From: Balamuthia mandrillaris
Lineage: Eukaryota
NCBI GenBank assembly: GCA_031835245.2
Contig: JAVKOQ020000007.1
Coordinates: 1-64,000 of the forward strand
Reading direction: 5' to 3'
Length of the DNA stretch: 64,000 bases
This document shows positions 48,879-61,608 of this stretch, piece by piece (position 1 is the first letter of the stretch; every line of letters begins with the position of its first letter). The notes beneath the pieces were generated by a model. That model saw nothing but the letters and a program-made list of their open reading frames with translations, had not been told where the DNA came from and did not search any database. The position numbers and the translations under genes are program-made.

Positions 48879-49717
48879 ATGAAGAACGTAGCGGCAGGAG
48901 GAGGAGGAGGGACTTCTGCCCTGAGAAGCAGCAGAGGACAAAGGGCCTCTCACAGAAAAGCAGGAAGAGAGGAAGGGGAAGGAGGGACCAACGACACAAA
49001 GAAGAAGAAAAAGAGACCGCTGCTGCCTTCACAACAGCATGGCACCACCACCGCCGCCGCTAACGGCCACCGCCACTACCGGGCCAACGGCTACAATGGC
49101 TACAACGGTTTCGGCACGGGCTCCTTTGCCTTGATGAACGGGAAGAAGAAGAAGAAGGACAAGAAGAAGGGGAAGGAGGAGGAGAAGGAGGAGGAAGAGC
49201 TGCTTCGTCATGAGAAACAACGCCAATTGGAGCAGCTGCGCAAACCGCTGTTCGTGGCCTATGAGGAGGAGAAGGAGGAGGACCATGACCAACATACGGG
49301 AGAGAATGGGAGAGGCTTGGAGGAGGAGGAGGAGAACAGGCTGCCGCTTCATGGCGTTGACGTGAACTTTGACTTTGATGAGGAGGAGTTGGATTTGTTA
49401 AAAGACGAACGAACTGAAGTGGAAGAAGAAGAAGACGTCCAGCGGCCACACTTTTATGAGAATAACCGCTACCCCCATGCACATGAAGAAGAAGAAGACG
49501 AAGAAGCGCTGTCTCCAAAAGAAGAGGGAGAGGAAGAACAGGAAGAAGAGAAAAAGGTTCGGGCTTGCATGAAGGCGTTGGAGCTCAGCATCCAGGAGAG
49601 CTTGGCTGCGGAGCAGGTCCCGCCAGCCCTCTATCTGCCGTCTTTGGAATGTTTGCACCTCCTTCATCACCGTTCCACGTCACAAAGAGAGCAGCTAGAT
49701 GTTTTGTTACAGGTTTT

Positions 49718-49758
<41 letters not shown>

Positions 49759-51089
49759 TCTCTTTCTCTTCTCGTTGTTTCTTATCTTTTCCTCCTCTTT
49801 CTTTTTGCGTGATTTCTGTTTTCTTTGCATTTACGTTCGTACATTATATTTATAGGAAAGGAAAGGAAAGGAAAATGGGAAAAAGAAGCCTAATATCGTT
49901 GAGGAAGGTCTCCCAAATGGCAACAACAAGCAACTAAACGGTTCTGATGCAGATCCACGAAACAGAGCTCGAGAACTGTTACGACACTTGAACAAAGAAT
50001 CCGTTGCCATCGAACGGCTTGAGCGCCTCGTTCAAGATGTACTCTTGCTTCCCTGTCTTTCTGCTTCATTACTCTTCTTGTTTTATGTTGTGCTTTACCA
50101 ATATCAAAACAAAACAGAGCTCAGATACCGAACGAAGTGAAGAAGAAGAGCAAGAAAAGGAACATCAACTAGGATTACTGTCACGACTCGCCAAAGACAA
50201 AGCCGAGTTAATTACTCTTCTCACGCAAACAATGGAGCAACTGGATGCGGTGGCTCCAACGTTGTCTAAACATGAACAAGAACTGGAACGTTTGCGACGG
50301 GAGAACCTGTTGCAAGCTCAGCTCGTTCAAAAACTGAAGAAACAGCTTCAACTTCAGAAACAAATGACTGCTTCGTCTTCTTCGTCTCCTACGAAGACAA
50401 AGACAAAAGGTAGAACAGAAGAGCCCAAGATGAAGAAAGAAAGAGAAAAAGGAAGAGAAGAACGAAGAAGAGAAACCAAAGAAGAGCAAAAACGAATACA
50501 AAGAATAAAAGGAGAAGGAGAAGAAAACGGACCACAAAGAAGAAAAGGAAGAAGCAGAACAAATAGTGGTGGCAGTAGCACGAATGAGAAGAAACATTAC
50601 GAAAACGAACCAAAACAACAAACTCAACAAAACCAAAGAACAAAAGCAAAAACAGTAACAAAACGGATAGCACAAACAGAAGCAACAGAAGAAGGAGAGA
50701 CAAAAGAGACACCAACACTAAGAATAGAAGAAGCATTTGAGCAAAGTCTCATATTGCTCTCCCATCGCTGCACGCAGTTGGAGGTGGAGAAGAAGCGACT
50801 GATGGAGAAGTTGGTGGCCGAGACGCACCGAGCCAGCTTCATTCGCGCCCAAAAGAAAGACTTGGAGACGTTCCTGTTCGGATGTGGAGTGGACAATGAG
50901 ATTCTCTGCTCTTATCTCCAGCAGCTCGGCAGCTTTTACAAAGCGGAGGAGGAAGAGGGCGAGGCAGCAACGGAGAAAGCTGTAGAGAAAGCAGAGGAGG
51001 GGAATGAACGGATAGAAATGGATGATGAGGAACGAATGCTGGAACGACGGTTCCAGCAGCTGTTGCGGTATCCCTTTCATCATTCTTGA
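48879..51089 (+). CDS. Acidic/coiled-coil protein of unknown function, multi-exon
   Basis: Two long ORFs joined by GT-AG introns, with heptad-like segments (LSRLAKDKAEL.., LSHRCTQLEVEKKRL). Confidence 0.55.
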
Positions 51090-51163
51090 CTCCAAAAAAA
51101 AATTGTACTTTTCTTTTTTTTTTCTTCTTTTTTTCTTTAAAAAATTGGTCGTGGTAGACCGGA

Positions 51164-51221
51164 TTTGAACCGACGCTGGCCTATTTGGAATTTCGCGTGT
51201 TCCCGCCAAAAAATTTAACGG
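51164..51221 (+). promoter_or_regulatory. Candidate cell-cycle promoter motifs (CHR, E2F, Myb/MSA)
   Basis: TTTGAA at 51164, TTTCGCG at 51191, TTCCCGCCAAA at 51200 and TAACGG at 51216, all upstream of the haspin-like ATG. Confidence 0.4.
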
Positions 51222-51292
51222 CGAAAGAATGCTAAAAATTTGGTCCGCTAAAGAGAGAGAGAGAAGAGAGAAGAGAGAAGACAAAAAGGGGA

Positions 51293-53155
51293 ATGTTGAC
51301 ACTGTTCAGTCCACAGCGGGCGTGTTCGCCCGGAAATCTCAAGTCCCCAAGGACTTGTTTGAAGCAGTACCAGGTTGCTGAAAACCCCACCCGCGACGAA
51401 CAACAACCACGGAGCAGACACAAAGCAACCGCGACCAAGAACAAACGCTTGACCGGAAAACACGGACAAGTGTGGATAGTCCACAACAAAGCGAAAGCTC
51501 CTCCACAGCGCGCCAAAGAAACAGAAAACGAGGACAGCGAAGCGAACCGGAGCAACCAGAAGCTTTACGCCATCAAAAGACAACCGATCGAAACGGCGGA
51601 AGCCCGGGAGAGAGGCCATCGCGAATGCGCCATCTACGCTCTCCTTAGGGACCTTCACTTTCAAAACAAGACCTTCAACTTTGTCCTTCTGCACGACTGG
51701 ATGCAATGCGAGACGGACCGCGAACCTCTGTTTTGCCAACAAGAGGAAGAAGAAGCAAAGGAAGCGGAGGCAGAGGAAGAAGAGAAAGAAGCTTTCATTC
51801 ATTTTGTGATGGAATATGTGGAGAGACCTTTGAACAGCTGTCAAAACCTGCTCTCTTTGGAAGAGGTCAGGGAGATCCTGTTTCAAACGTTGTGGGGGTT
51901 GGCTGTGGCTGAGAACGACCTCGAGTTTGTGCACAACGACCTGCACCCTCGTAATGTTCTTCTCCGCTCGCTCAACCGTTCGGCTGAGGATGAAGAGGAG
52001 GGCGAGGGAGAAGAAGAGGCAGAGGAAGAGAAATCGTGTTGTGTGTATATTGACGAGGATGGACAGCACTTTTATACTTGGCGTTACGTCGTCAAGATTG
52101 CCGGTAGGCTTTTCTTCTCTCTCCTTCCCGCAGCACTCTTTGTCTCTCTTGAGCTAAGCAAAAAATATAACCAGACTTTGGATTGAGCCGCATTAAGACC
52201 GAACGTGGGGAGATACTTTACAACAAACGAATAACGATGCAAGAGCTGTTCATGCCACAGACCGACCTCAACTTTGTGGCGGCGTGGAAATGGGGACCAA
52301 CGGTCCGCTGTAAGGTCCTCAACGACCTTCGAGCCAAGCTTCGCAAAATTGGTACCTTCTCCTTCGTTGTTTTTTTTTTTCTTCATCATCATCGATGGCT
52401 TCTTGTTCTTCTCTTCTTCGTTTCTCTTCTTTCTTTTCTTGGTCGATTCAGTGATGAAACGATTCTCTTCTTCGTTTACAGATGCGAATGCTGCTTTGTT
52501 ATTGAAGCATCCGTTCTTTGAGCCGCTGCGCCAGCAACCCAACTTCTTCTCTGAGGAGCGTTGCACCGTGGTATCTCGCAACGGTCTGGCGGGCATCCCT
52601 CCAGAGCTTCGTGCTCAAGCTCTCTATCCCGTCTCGGAGGCATCTCCTCCGCGCGTGCCAACTCCGTTAGAGCTTTTTCCTTCTTCTCCCCTTCCTTCTT
52701 CTTCTTCGTCAACAACAAAAAGAGGACTTTTGTCTTCTCCTCTTCCTTCTCGACTGCACCCAAGCTCCCCCTTTTGGTCTCCTCCTCCTTTTAAGGGTTT
52801 ACTTTCTCCTTCGCGAAACTCGACATCTACTTCAACTACAAAAGAGGCAACGTCAGCTTCCCCATTTGCCTCTCCTCTTCATCCTTCTTCACGTGCTAGC
52901 AAGAGACGACTCGCCAAACGAAGAGCAGTTCCCCTTTCTCCAGCCTCCAAACTTGTTCAAGAGGCCAAAAACACTCGTGCTAGACGAAGTTTAGCCCTTC
53001 ACACAAAAGAAACCACCAATAATTCCAGCAATAACGCCAACAAAGAGAACCAAGCGAACAACAACAATAACAACAACGAACCAGAACGCAATAGGAAGAC
53101 TGCACCCCAGCCCTTACGACGAAGCCAAAGAGTCAGACGAAAACCTGTTTTGTAA
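51293..53155 (+). CDS. Haspin-like Ser/Thr protein kinase with a disordered C-terminal tail
   Basis: GKHGQV, YAIK, FVMEY, LAVAENDLEFVHNDLHPRNVLL, VKIA|DFGLSR, LLKHPFF. The tail has many SP sites and a KEN motif. Confidence 0.75.
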
Positions 53156-53191
53156 GAATGTACACAATAATAGGAGGAGACAAAAGGTTAT

Positions 53192-54178
53192 TTAACCGCC
53201 AAGTTTCTTCTTTGAAAGTGTGACTCGAAGTAAACTATGTTCTCTTGCAACGCCGAAACGGAATGGAAAGGAGTGTTGTCCGTTACCACGATGCACGTAC
53301 AGATGCTTGTTGCCATGGACCCACCAGCCATAGTCCGGCACTTTGTATCGTAGACGTGCGTAGGTCCATGGAAGTCCTACCGATGTTAGTCCTAATTGGC
53401 CACCGTGCACATGGCCTGACGTGAAGATGTTGGTGGTCGATGCCGGAAGAAATGATTTAGAGTAGAATGAATCAGAAAAATAGAAAGAAGGAAAGAGAGA
53501 ACAAGTCCGAGAAAACGAGAGAAGGACAGAAGTGAGGATAGAGAGCAAAACCTGCAAACACGATGAGTGATTCCTCTGGAGGGATGTGATCAAAGCCAGC
53601 GGGATCGTGAATGAGCATCAACCGAAGAGCAGAAGGAGAGGATGGAGGGAAACGCTGACACAGATCAACCAGATGAGGTCCTTTGCGTCTCGTGGGAAAT
53701 ATGAAATGACTTCCAATTATATCCACCACTCCTAATTCTGTTGATATTTTTTGTTTTGGGTCAATCTATATAAACATTATAAATAGAGAAGAAAAGGTTT
53801 GAAACAAACCAGTAGTAATGGACGTTTGCTCATCGCATAGCAGCTTGACGCCTGCTGCTGCTAATCCTTTCTTTATGAAAGGCAACCCTTCATAGTCATG
53901 ATTCTTTATGGGTTGGTTTGAGGAAAGGGTTAATTTTAAGAGATGCACATATAATGCTGAAGCAATGACGTACCCCAAGACAGGCAAAAGCACGTCTTTT
54001 AAGTTGGGAGAGAGGCGCTAGCGCGTATGCCAGTTGTTGAGTGCACAGTTCGTCTCTGTGCACCTCTGCTGCGAACAGATCTCCCGTCAATAATACGAAG
54101 GTTGGATCTATTCGAAGAGAAAGAAGAATACAAGCCTTAGATATCATAGTAAAACAAAGATAATGAAAAAAGCAAAAA

Positions 54179-54218
<40 letters not shown>

Positions 54219-55247
54219 GAGAGCAAGAATAGGAAAGAGAGAAGCGTTACTCAAGTCCACGATCTGCTGACAAAGCTTTCGCAAGTGTTCTACAGACATA
54301 AACAATCCAATATGTGGGTCGGTTATTTGACACACTGTAAACTCCCTTTCTTCTTCACTCTCTTCCCTCATTGCCTTCACTTCTCCTGTTTCCTTATTCT
54401 TTGTCGCCAAAGCAGTTGAAGAAGAAATAACGCGTTTGGAATGTACTCTCTGAACTGGCGAACTAGAAGAAGAAGAAGAAGAAGAATGTGAATGTGAATG
54501 ATGAAGTTGCACGGAAACAACTTCAAAGCGAGAAGAGAAGGCCTGAAAGAGGACAACGATTGCAAAGGCAACGCAGCAAACAACCACCACCAGCGCGTCG
54601 TTGTCCCTCACCACCCGATCCATCCAGCTCAGCGTCGGCACGAAATGCTCCGGCACTGCCACAAAGCATTGCCTCAGCTGTTCTTCTCTCTCTTCGTGAG
54701 AGGAAGAAGAAAGTGGAGAGGAGAGAGAAGGAAGAAACGAAAAGGAAGTTACAGAGGGATAAAAGTTGGAGAGCAGAAGAGAGAGCGTGAGTTGCAACGC
54801 CTCTGTGTAGGAGGAGGTGGAAGAAGAAGAGGATGCAGCAGGAGGGCAGGTGTGCTCCAAAATGAAGAGCGCCAAACGAAGGGCGAGCGTGAGCGGCAGG
54901 GCTAAGAGAGAGGCGATGAAGAGGGAGTAGCCTGGCAGCGCGATGAGGCGACGAAAGAGCTTGTGGTGAAAGAGAGGAAAGGCGTAGGCCAGGTGAAAGG
55001 CATACACGCAAAAATGAAGCCAGAGAAGCGGAAGCAACGAAGAAGCAGAGGAGAGAAGAAAGTGATGATGCCGAGTGAAAAGAAGAAAGACGAGGAGAGC
55101 GGCGGTGTAGAGGGATACGAGGAAGCCTACTCTTTTGCCCATGCCGGAATAGCGCCGTTTGGCAACGACCGCCGCTGTGGCGAGCGACAGGAGGCAGCCA
55201 GAGGCGATAAAACCCCAAAAAGACGCCCACCGCCCGTTGTCTTCCAT
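53192..55247 (-). CDS. Transmembrane calcineurin-like metallophosphoesterase (TMPPE/YkuE-like), multi-exon
   Basis: N-terminal transmembrane helices; QITDPHIG, LLTGDL, CLG|NHD, LIHDP, SGHVHGGQ, LYVHRGNG. Confidence 0.88.
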
Positions 55248-55382
55248 CTTTTCTTCTTTTCTTTCTTCTTCTCTTCCTTTCACTCCGCGCTAAATTCCTT
55301 AAATTCCTCTCTTACAAGTTTTTCATTTTGTCGACTTTACCTTTTTTCGATTTCTAAAAACAAAACAAAAAAGTTAAAAAAA

Positions 55383-56015
55383 ATGATTAAAGATGAGAAA
55401 GAAGGCAACGAGGAGACAACAAGGGCACCTCAGTTGACGGCTGGGCCGCCCCGACCACCACTCGTAATTCCTTGGGAAAAGGTAGCAGACATAGTATTTG
55501 CTGCGCTTGGCCCAGCAATCAAACGTGCTATTCGACGCAAGCCACAAAAGCTTCCTGTCACAGCAGCTGCTCATCTTCACCCCATTTTCCATTCTGCCTA
55601 TTTTGGGACACTAGAAGAACGTACCCTGAGCACGGAACAAGAACTGTTGGATGTGTTTGGCCATTATACAAGGAGAGAGTTCAAACGTGGCTCCTATGCA
55701 GTAATGGCTCCAAATGTTACCATTAAGTATATGGCAAACACAGAGAAAACGCGGCTGAAGTTGAAGTATCATGTTTACAATTGTCATAATGTACTTCAGT
55801 GGCCAGAAAGCTATTCTTTTGAGGTTTGTTTGGTTTGGTTTGGTGTTATTTTCTTGTTACCTCTTACTTTCCCTTCTCTCCCTTTCGCTTGCGACAAAAA
55901 AGGTGCTCACACACAAACGCCTCCATCGTCTTCTCTTGTGCTTCGTTTGGCCTTTTAAAAAAGAAAAACAAATAAACGTTTACCAAACCAGATAAGGAAA
56001 GAGTCGACAAAATGA
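55383..56015 (+). CDS. Small protein of unknown function (~155 aa); 3' exon uncertain
   Basis: Open, normal-complexity frame from ATG 55383 to a GTTTGT donor at ~55824, with a probable last exon IRKESTK*. Confidence 0.5.
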
Positions 56016-56723
56016 AAAAAATTCCCACGTCAGCCCTGGTTGAACCAACCGTCCGTGACGTCATTTTCCCCAAAAAAGGACTGATGACATCAGCGGCAGA
56101 AAACTCATTGCTCGGAGTGTATCATGTTATCCAAAAAAGATCTCCTTCAAGATCGCGATTAATCATCATCAATAATTTCCGTCAAATTTCACCGGCCGAT
56201 CAGATAATAATTCGTTAAACCAAGATCTCCGGAACAGATGTGCACGGTATGGAAATAATATCGATACGGTGATTATGAATCAACTGAAACTTCGGGTAAT
56301 GCTGGCGCCGTGGCTTTATTTTTTATTTTTTTTTTTTTTGTGGAGGATTTCTTTTTTGCTTTTGGTCTTTCTGCTGCGGTAGCTTCTCCTTGGGTTTTCC
56401 TTTACACACAACGAGCCCTTTCTGTTTTGTTATGTTTATTTTTTCTCCTTGGGTTCAGAAAAGCCTTATCCCCAATCGTTTAGAAGAGGACCAAGGGGGT
56501 GTTTCCTTTTCGTTTTCCGTATCCGCATTGTCGCTATGCATCTTTTGATTTGACTTTTGGTTGTCCCGGAATAACATCTGACTTCTGACCTCTAAAGTGA
56601 GCAATTTTTTCCTTTTGACTTTTTATTCTGCAAAATAAAACTAAAAGAAGAACACTGGAAACTGGGAGTGGTTCATCTTTTTGGTTTTTATTTTCAACCA
56701 CAAGAAGAAAACAGAACCGGTCC

Positions 56724-58415
56724 ATGCACCCTTCGGTTTTCTTTCTCGCCCCTGCCGCGGCCTCAGCACCCACATCTCCTCCATCCAGACCGCATACCCT
56801 GGCCCAGTCCATGCGTCATCCTCCTCAGCCTCATCAGCCCTCTTCCTGTTCTCTACCTTATTCTTCCTCTCCTCAGTCCTCTTTTGCTTTCTTCAATGGA
56901 GAGGAAACACCTTCCTTCCACTATTTTCAAGACCAACAACAACCACATCAGACCAGGATGCCCCTTGGGCAACACGTTCCACCACAGAACCACCATCCTT
57001 CTCATCTCTCTCACCCACCCCCTTGGCGCAGCACCGACGGCCGAGACACGGGTCAACGCCCACTGCTGAACAAGGAAAACAACGCTGAGATCTTTAACCC
57101 AGCAGTAGAAGAGCTTTGCTCCAACCTCATCCCTCCGCCACCAACAGCCTCTCTCTCTTCTCAAACCCACCCTCACCTGCCTTCACCATCCTTCCCTCAT
57201 CCCCAACCTCATCCAGCATCTTCCTACCCATCCTCCCACACCTCTATCTGTGGTCATCCCCAGGCTCCTTGTCCTCCTCAGCTCCAGCGCCGACGAGAGA
57301 GAGAAGAGCCAAAAAGAAAGAGCAACGAGGGGGAAGAAGATGATGACAGCCACTCGCCACCCAAGCGAAGAGCTTTTCGTTTGGAGACAACAGAGAGGAG
57401 GGATGGAAGAAGATTGAGTGAGCAGGAGGAGGAAGCAGGTGACGACCAAGCTTCATTCTCAACAAGTGGTTCCTCCTCCTCATCTTTTTTGAAAAGTTCA
57501 ACCACCCCAACAACGAAAAGATCATCCCCACAACGACAACAGTCATCACCTGCTGCTTCTCTTCCCCCTTTCCCCTCCACCCCCACCAATAACAGCCAAC
57601 GCCCTGCTCGCTCGTCTTCAAGAAAAAACGTTGATGGGGGTCAGGTGAGCGCAAAAGAGGGAAGAGGAGTTCGAACAACAACCAAAAAAGCTGGGCAGCG
57701 AACAAAGAGATCAACTGCTGGTACTCACCCCTCCTCCTCTTCCACGCCGACGATGACCATGTTCGAGATCGAACGGCAACGACAGGCGGCGCTCCGTCGG
57801 AAGAAAGGCATGCGGGCCAAAAAACGGTTTTTGAAGCAGGGTCCCAACGAACTGGACTTTCGTTTAGATCAACACCCTCCTCCGGCTCCTTCTTCCCTTC
57901 CCCCTACCTCCTCTCCTCTTTCCGCCAGTGGCCCTGCAGGAAGAACTAATAGTTCATCTTCTTCTGATTCATCTCCGCCCCTTAGGCGGGCATCATCTTT
58001 TCCTTTCGAACAACAACAGCAGCAACGGATAGCGTCAAAGGCAAAAACGGAGGGCTGGATGGGAGAGGTGAAGCAACAAGAGGAAGCAGGGGCGCTGGAG
58101 GCGGCGGAACAACCGTTCTATTTCCATGGTGGGCGGAACCGAATGGAAAGTTCCGTGGGAACCCCGACCTGCCCGCCCACCACGGTCGACAACTCCCTCT
58201 TTCCCTCCACACCCTCTCCTGCCGTTTACGCTGCCCCAGACCAACCGCAGACCGTCTACTCCGTGCACCCGTTGGGGTCGGGCTTTCCCGTGGCTTCCGG
58301 CGGAAGAAGACCACAACCGACTGTTGCCCCTCAACAGCCAAGTCAACGTCAACAACAACTTCACCAACTCGCCAACGTGAGCAAGCAAAGGAGATGCAGT
58401 CCTCCATGGAGGTGA
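56724..58415 (+). CDS. Pro/Ser/Gln-rich, probably disordered protein (563 aa) with a basic NLS-like patch
   Basis: Long intron-free ORF containing RQAALRRKKGMRAKKRF; no family recognised. Confidence 0.55.
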   Translation: MHPSVFFLAPAAASAPTSPPSRPHTLAQSMRHPPQPHQPSSCSLPYSSSPQSSFAFFNGEETPSFHYFQDQQQPHQTRMPLGQHVPPQNHHPSHLSHPPPWRSTDGRDTGQRPLLNKENNAEIFNPAVEELCSNLIPPPPTASLSSQTHPHLPSPSFPHPQPHPASSYPSSHTSICGHPQAPCPPQLQRRREREEPKRKSNEGEEDDDSHSPPKRRAFRLETTERRDGRRLSEQEEEAGDDQASFSTSGSSSSSFLKSSTTPTTKRSSPQRQQSSPAASLPPFPSTPTNNSQRPARSSSRKNVDGGQVSAKEGRGVRTTTKKAGQRTKRSTAGTHPSSSSTPTMTMFEIERQRQAALRRKKGMRAKKRFLKQGPNELDFRLDQHPPPAPSSLPPTSSPLSASGPAGRTNSSSSSDSSPPLRRASSFPFEQQQQQRIASKAKTEGWMGEVKQQEEAGALEAAEQPFYFHGGRNRMESSVGTPTCPPTTVDNSLFPSTPSPAVYAAPDQPQTVYSVHPLGSGFPVASGGRRPQPTVAPQQPSQRQQQLHQLANVSKQRRCSPPWR

Positions 58416-58472
58416 ACAGAGGGAGCGAGAGATGAGAAGACGAGTTGATCGAAGATGTTTTTTTTTTTAACG

Positions 58473-60652
58473 TCACGGCGCCTTTGGGAGAGGGAGAGCT
58501 ATAGGAGCATCAGGTTCTGCGAGGTCGTAATGTCGCGGAGGGGGAACGACCACCCTTCCAATCACAACCAACTCGTTGCCGTGGTTGGTCAGATGGCGGA
58601 TGACAAAAGGAACGCCGAGCCTCTTGAGACCATCTCTTACTTTCGGCAGAACTGTTTCATATTGATTCTTCCCTGCGGTAGCAATGCATGAATACATAAA
58701 ACCGCTTTTAAATAAATACCTCGAAGAAAGTTACCGGTAAACTTGAGAGTCCAAATGAAGTTTTTGCAACGCTTCTCTTTCGCCCATGAAAGAAGCACCT
58801 CGCTAGAGCGGTCAGCAGCAAAGAGCATGTCGCATAGCACTGTATCTACTTGCCTGTTTGGTGTCCACAGTGCTGTTGAAGGTTCACTCAGCACGTTTAA
58901 GCGAGTGGATTAAAATAAAGAGAAGAGATAAGGCAAAAGAGAGAAGAGACAAACCTCCATCAGCCTGTTTGTGAACGACCAGATTAGGATGGCGCATCAG
59001 CTTGGGATGCAACGGCGACCGGTCCACGCTGACTACCTTGACGCCCCAGTCCAATAACTTCTTAGTCATGCCACCAGGAGCTGATCCTAACTCAACACAG
59101 TATGAACCAGGAGCCAACATGAGCCGGTGTTGTGTCTCTGGATCAGTAATGAGTCTGGCCATCTTGTTGTCGTATGTTAGTAATTGTTGTTGAAAGAAAG
59201 GAGAGAACCAGCAAGAACGAAACTAAAGCGAGAGAACAAGAAGAAAGTATCAGCTAACCTCTTCAATCTTTCGATAAGCGCGAGAAGGAGGCACAGGATC
59301 AGGAGAAATTGGCATGCAACCAGCTGTCCATGGCAGAGGACGCATCCACCCTAAGTTGGCACAAAAGCTCAACCTATCGCAAGACACATAGAGCTTGTTC
59401 TTTTCTGCCAAGAAGAGTTGAACAAGTGTTGTTCCAGGCAACACCGATGTTCCTTCGGTAGTGTATATTGTGAAAGGAGAAGAAGGGGAGAAGGTAATGT
59501 TAGAAGATAGAGAGACTTGTGAGCGAAGACGTACGAAAGAACAAACCTTCTGGCACCAGGTTCCGCGTCAACTTCTTTCTTCGGTCTTTCAGTTCCTCCA
59601 AAAACGCTTCACCAATGAGCTTCGAGCGTCGATAGAAAGGAGTGGTACGAGTGTCCGGTGCTGTGTTTTAAGTAAAAAGCATCAGAAGAAAGAGAACGAG
59701 AGAAGAATAGCAGGTGCTGACGAGAGAACGAGAGCAGCAAAATAGCAGAGAAGAGGGAGAGCAAGCTGAGGAGAATGAGAGAAGCGAAATGGTGTTAAGA
59801 CTTACCAAAGGAATGCAGACACCAAGCATGAATTCCGCCCACGCCGCCATGTCCCTCCATTGCATCCACCACGGCCGCTTGATGGCTCTCCGCGGCGGCG
59901 GTAGAGGGCAAGGAAGGAGGCAAAGTGCGAAGCAAGGAGGGCAGCACCTTGTCCACCGCCTTCCGGGCAAGAACGCTGATGGAGCGAGCCTCCACCACAT
60001 GGCAATCCTCTAGGAACTGATGTCCCCATGCACACTCCTTCTTTTGCCGTTGCGTGAGCGACTGGTCCTTTTCTTCTCCCTCTTTGTCTTGTTCTTCCTC
60101 TTTCATTTCAGCTTCTGCTGCTTCTTTCGTTTGAGTGTGGAAGAGGAGAGGATCGATGCGGCGGCCGAAGCGAAGCTCCTCTTCGGTGATGGGAGGAAGC
60201 GGAGGTCCCTTGCTCACTTTCTCGACCACTTCGACCCAGCCTTTGTGCTGATGGTATTCATAGGTTGGCTGTTGTTGTCGCGAAGAACGACGACGAGGAC
60301 GACGAGGTGGATGCCGTTGCTGTTGTTGTTCTATTTGGAGGAGATCTTTGGAGAGAGGGTCTTCCCAACCCTCGTCGCAGATCCAGACGTGGCGCCTACG
60401 CACGACGGTGTCGTCAACTGCGTGAGAGGGAGATGAAGCAGAAGAAAAGGGCCGACGAAGGAGAAGCCGATGATAATGATCATGAAGATGAAAAGAGAGG
60501 TTGGGTCGTTTTGTCGGAGGGTGGTTTCGCGCGAGAGAATGGATGAGCGTGCTACCATTACTTTGTGGCGGTGGTAGAGTCGCATGCCAAAAGCTGCGCC
60601 GCAGGGGCGCCGGAAAGGCGTGAAACAAGCACAGCCGTTCTCTTCTTGCCAT
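58473..60652 (-). CDS. RlmM-like (FtsJ family) rRNA 2'-O-ribose methyltransferase with a probable mitochondrial presequence
   Basis: PPSRAYRKIEE, VELGSAPGGMT..VVSVDRSPL, VLCDM, IWTLKF, IRHLTNHGNELVV. The N-terminus is Arg-rich and acid-poor (MARRERLCLF..). Confidence 0.8.
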
Positions 60653-60945
60653 CTTTTGTTTGTTTGCTTTGTCGACAGTCAAAATGTCGACAATATCAGT
60701 TGAATTTTCGAGGAAAACAGGTAGGGAGCGAATTTCCGTTCCGTTGTTGCGTTCAGCGGCTTTTCGTTCTATTTTCCAATCGAAACTGTCTGAGGAGCCG
60801 TTGTTCCGGTACTTCAATTTTTTCAATGTGGGATTTCTTTTCCAACGTTTTTTTGCGTGTGAGCTTTTCTTTTTCTTTTGGCATAAGGCTGACAGTCTTC
60901 TTCTTTTTTCGAGTAGTAGCACTGCTGATTCAAACCCCAACCACA

Positions 60946-60999
60946 ATGGCCACTGATTACAGACAGGAGTTGATCGAGACCGCTGTACTTTTTTTTTCC

Positions 61000-61034
<35 letters not shown>

Positions 61035-61560
61035 CTCTGGCTCTCTCTTTCTCTGCTCAGATTTTGTCGATATTTATTTATTTTATTTTGGCTACGTTTT
61101 TTTTTCTCCCCTTTCACTCATTGATAAGGTTTTTGTTTTTTTTTTTTTGTTGTCCATCTCCCATAGAAACGCATTGCCACGCCTGGAAAGGGCATCTTGG
61201 CTGCTGATGAATCCACTGGCACCATTGGCAAGCGTTTCGAGCCCATTAATGTCGAGAACAACGAGGCCAACCGACAGCAGTACCGCCAACTCCTCTTCAC
61301 CGCTGAAGGTATCGAGAACTACATCAGCGGAGTGATCATGTATGAGGAGACCTTGAACCAAAAGACTGACGATGGGGTGCCCTTCGCTGAGCTCTTGGCC
61401 AAGAAGGGCATCATCACTGGCATCAAGGTCGACAAGGGTATCAAGCCCATTCGTGGTACCAACGAAGAGACCTTCACACAAGGCTTTGATAACCTCGACC
61501 AGCGCTGCGCTGACTACTACAAGAAGGGCGCTCGTTTCGCCAAATGGTACTACTTCTTCT

Positions 61561-61608
<48 letters not shown>

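Noticed and set aside
51146..51175. tRNA-like T-arm on the minus strand (GTCGGTTCAAATCCGGT)
   Set aside because: No matching acceptor 5' strand, D-arm or anticodon arm. It overlaps the CHR-like promoter motif.
60653..61117. N-terminal 155 aa of the 440-aa minus-strand ORF
   Set aside because: It is antisense to aldolase exon 1/intron 1 and the shared promoter. The RlmM-like gene more plausibly starts at ATG 60652.
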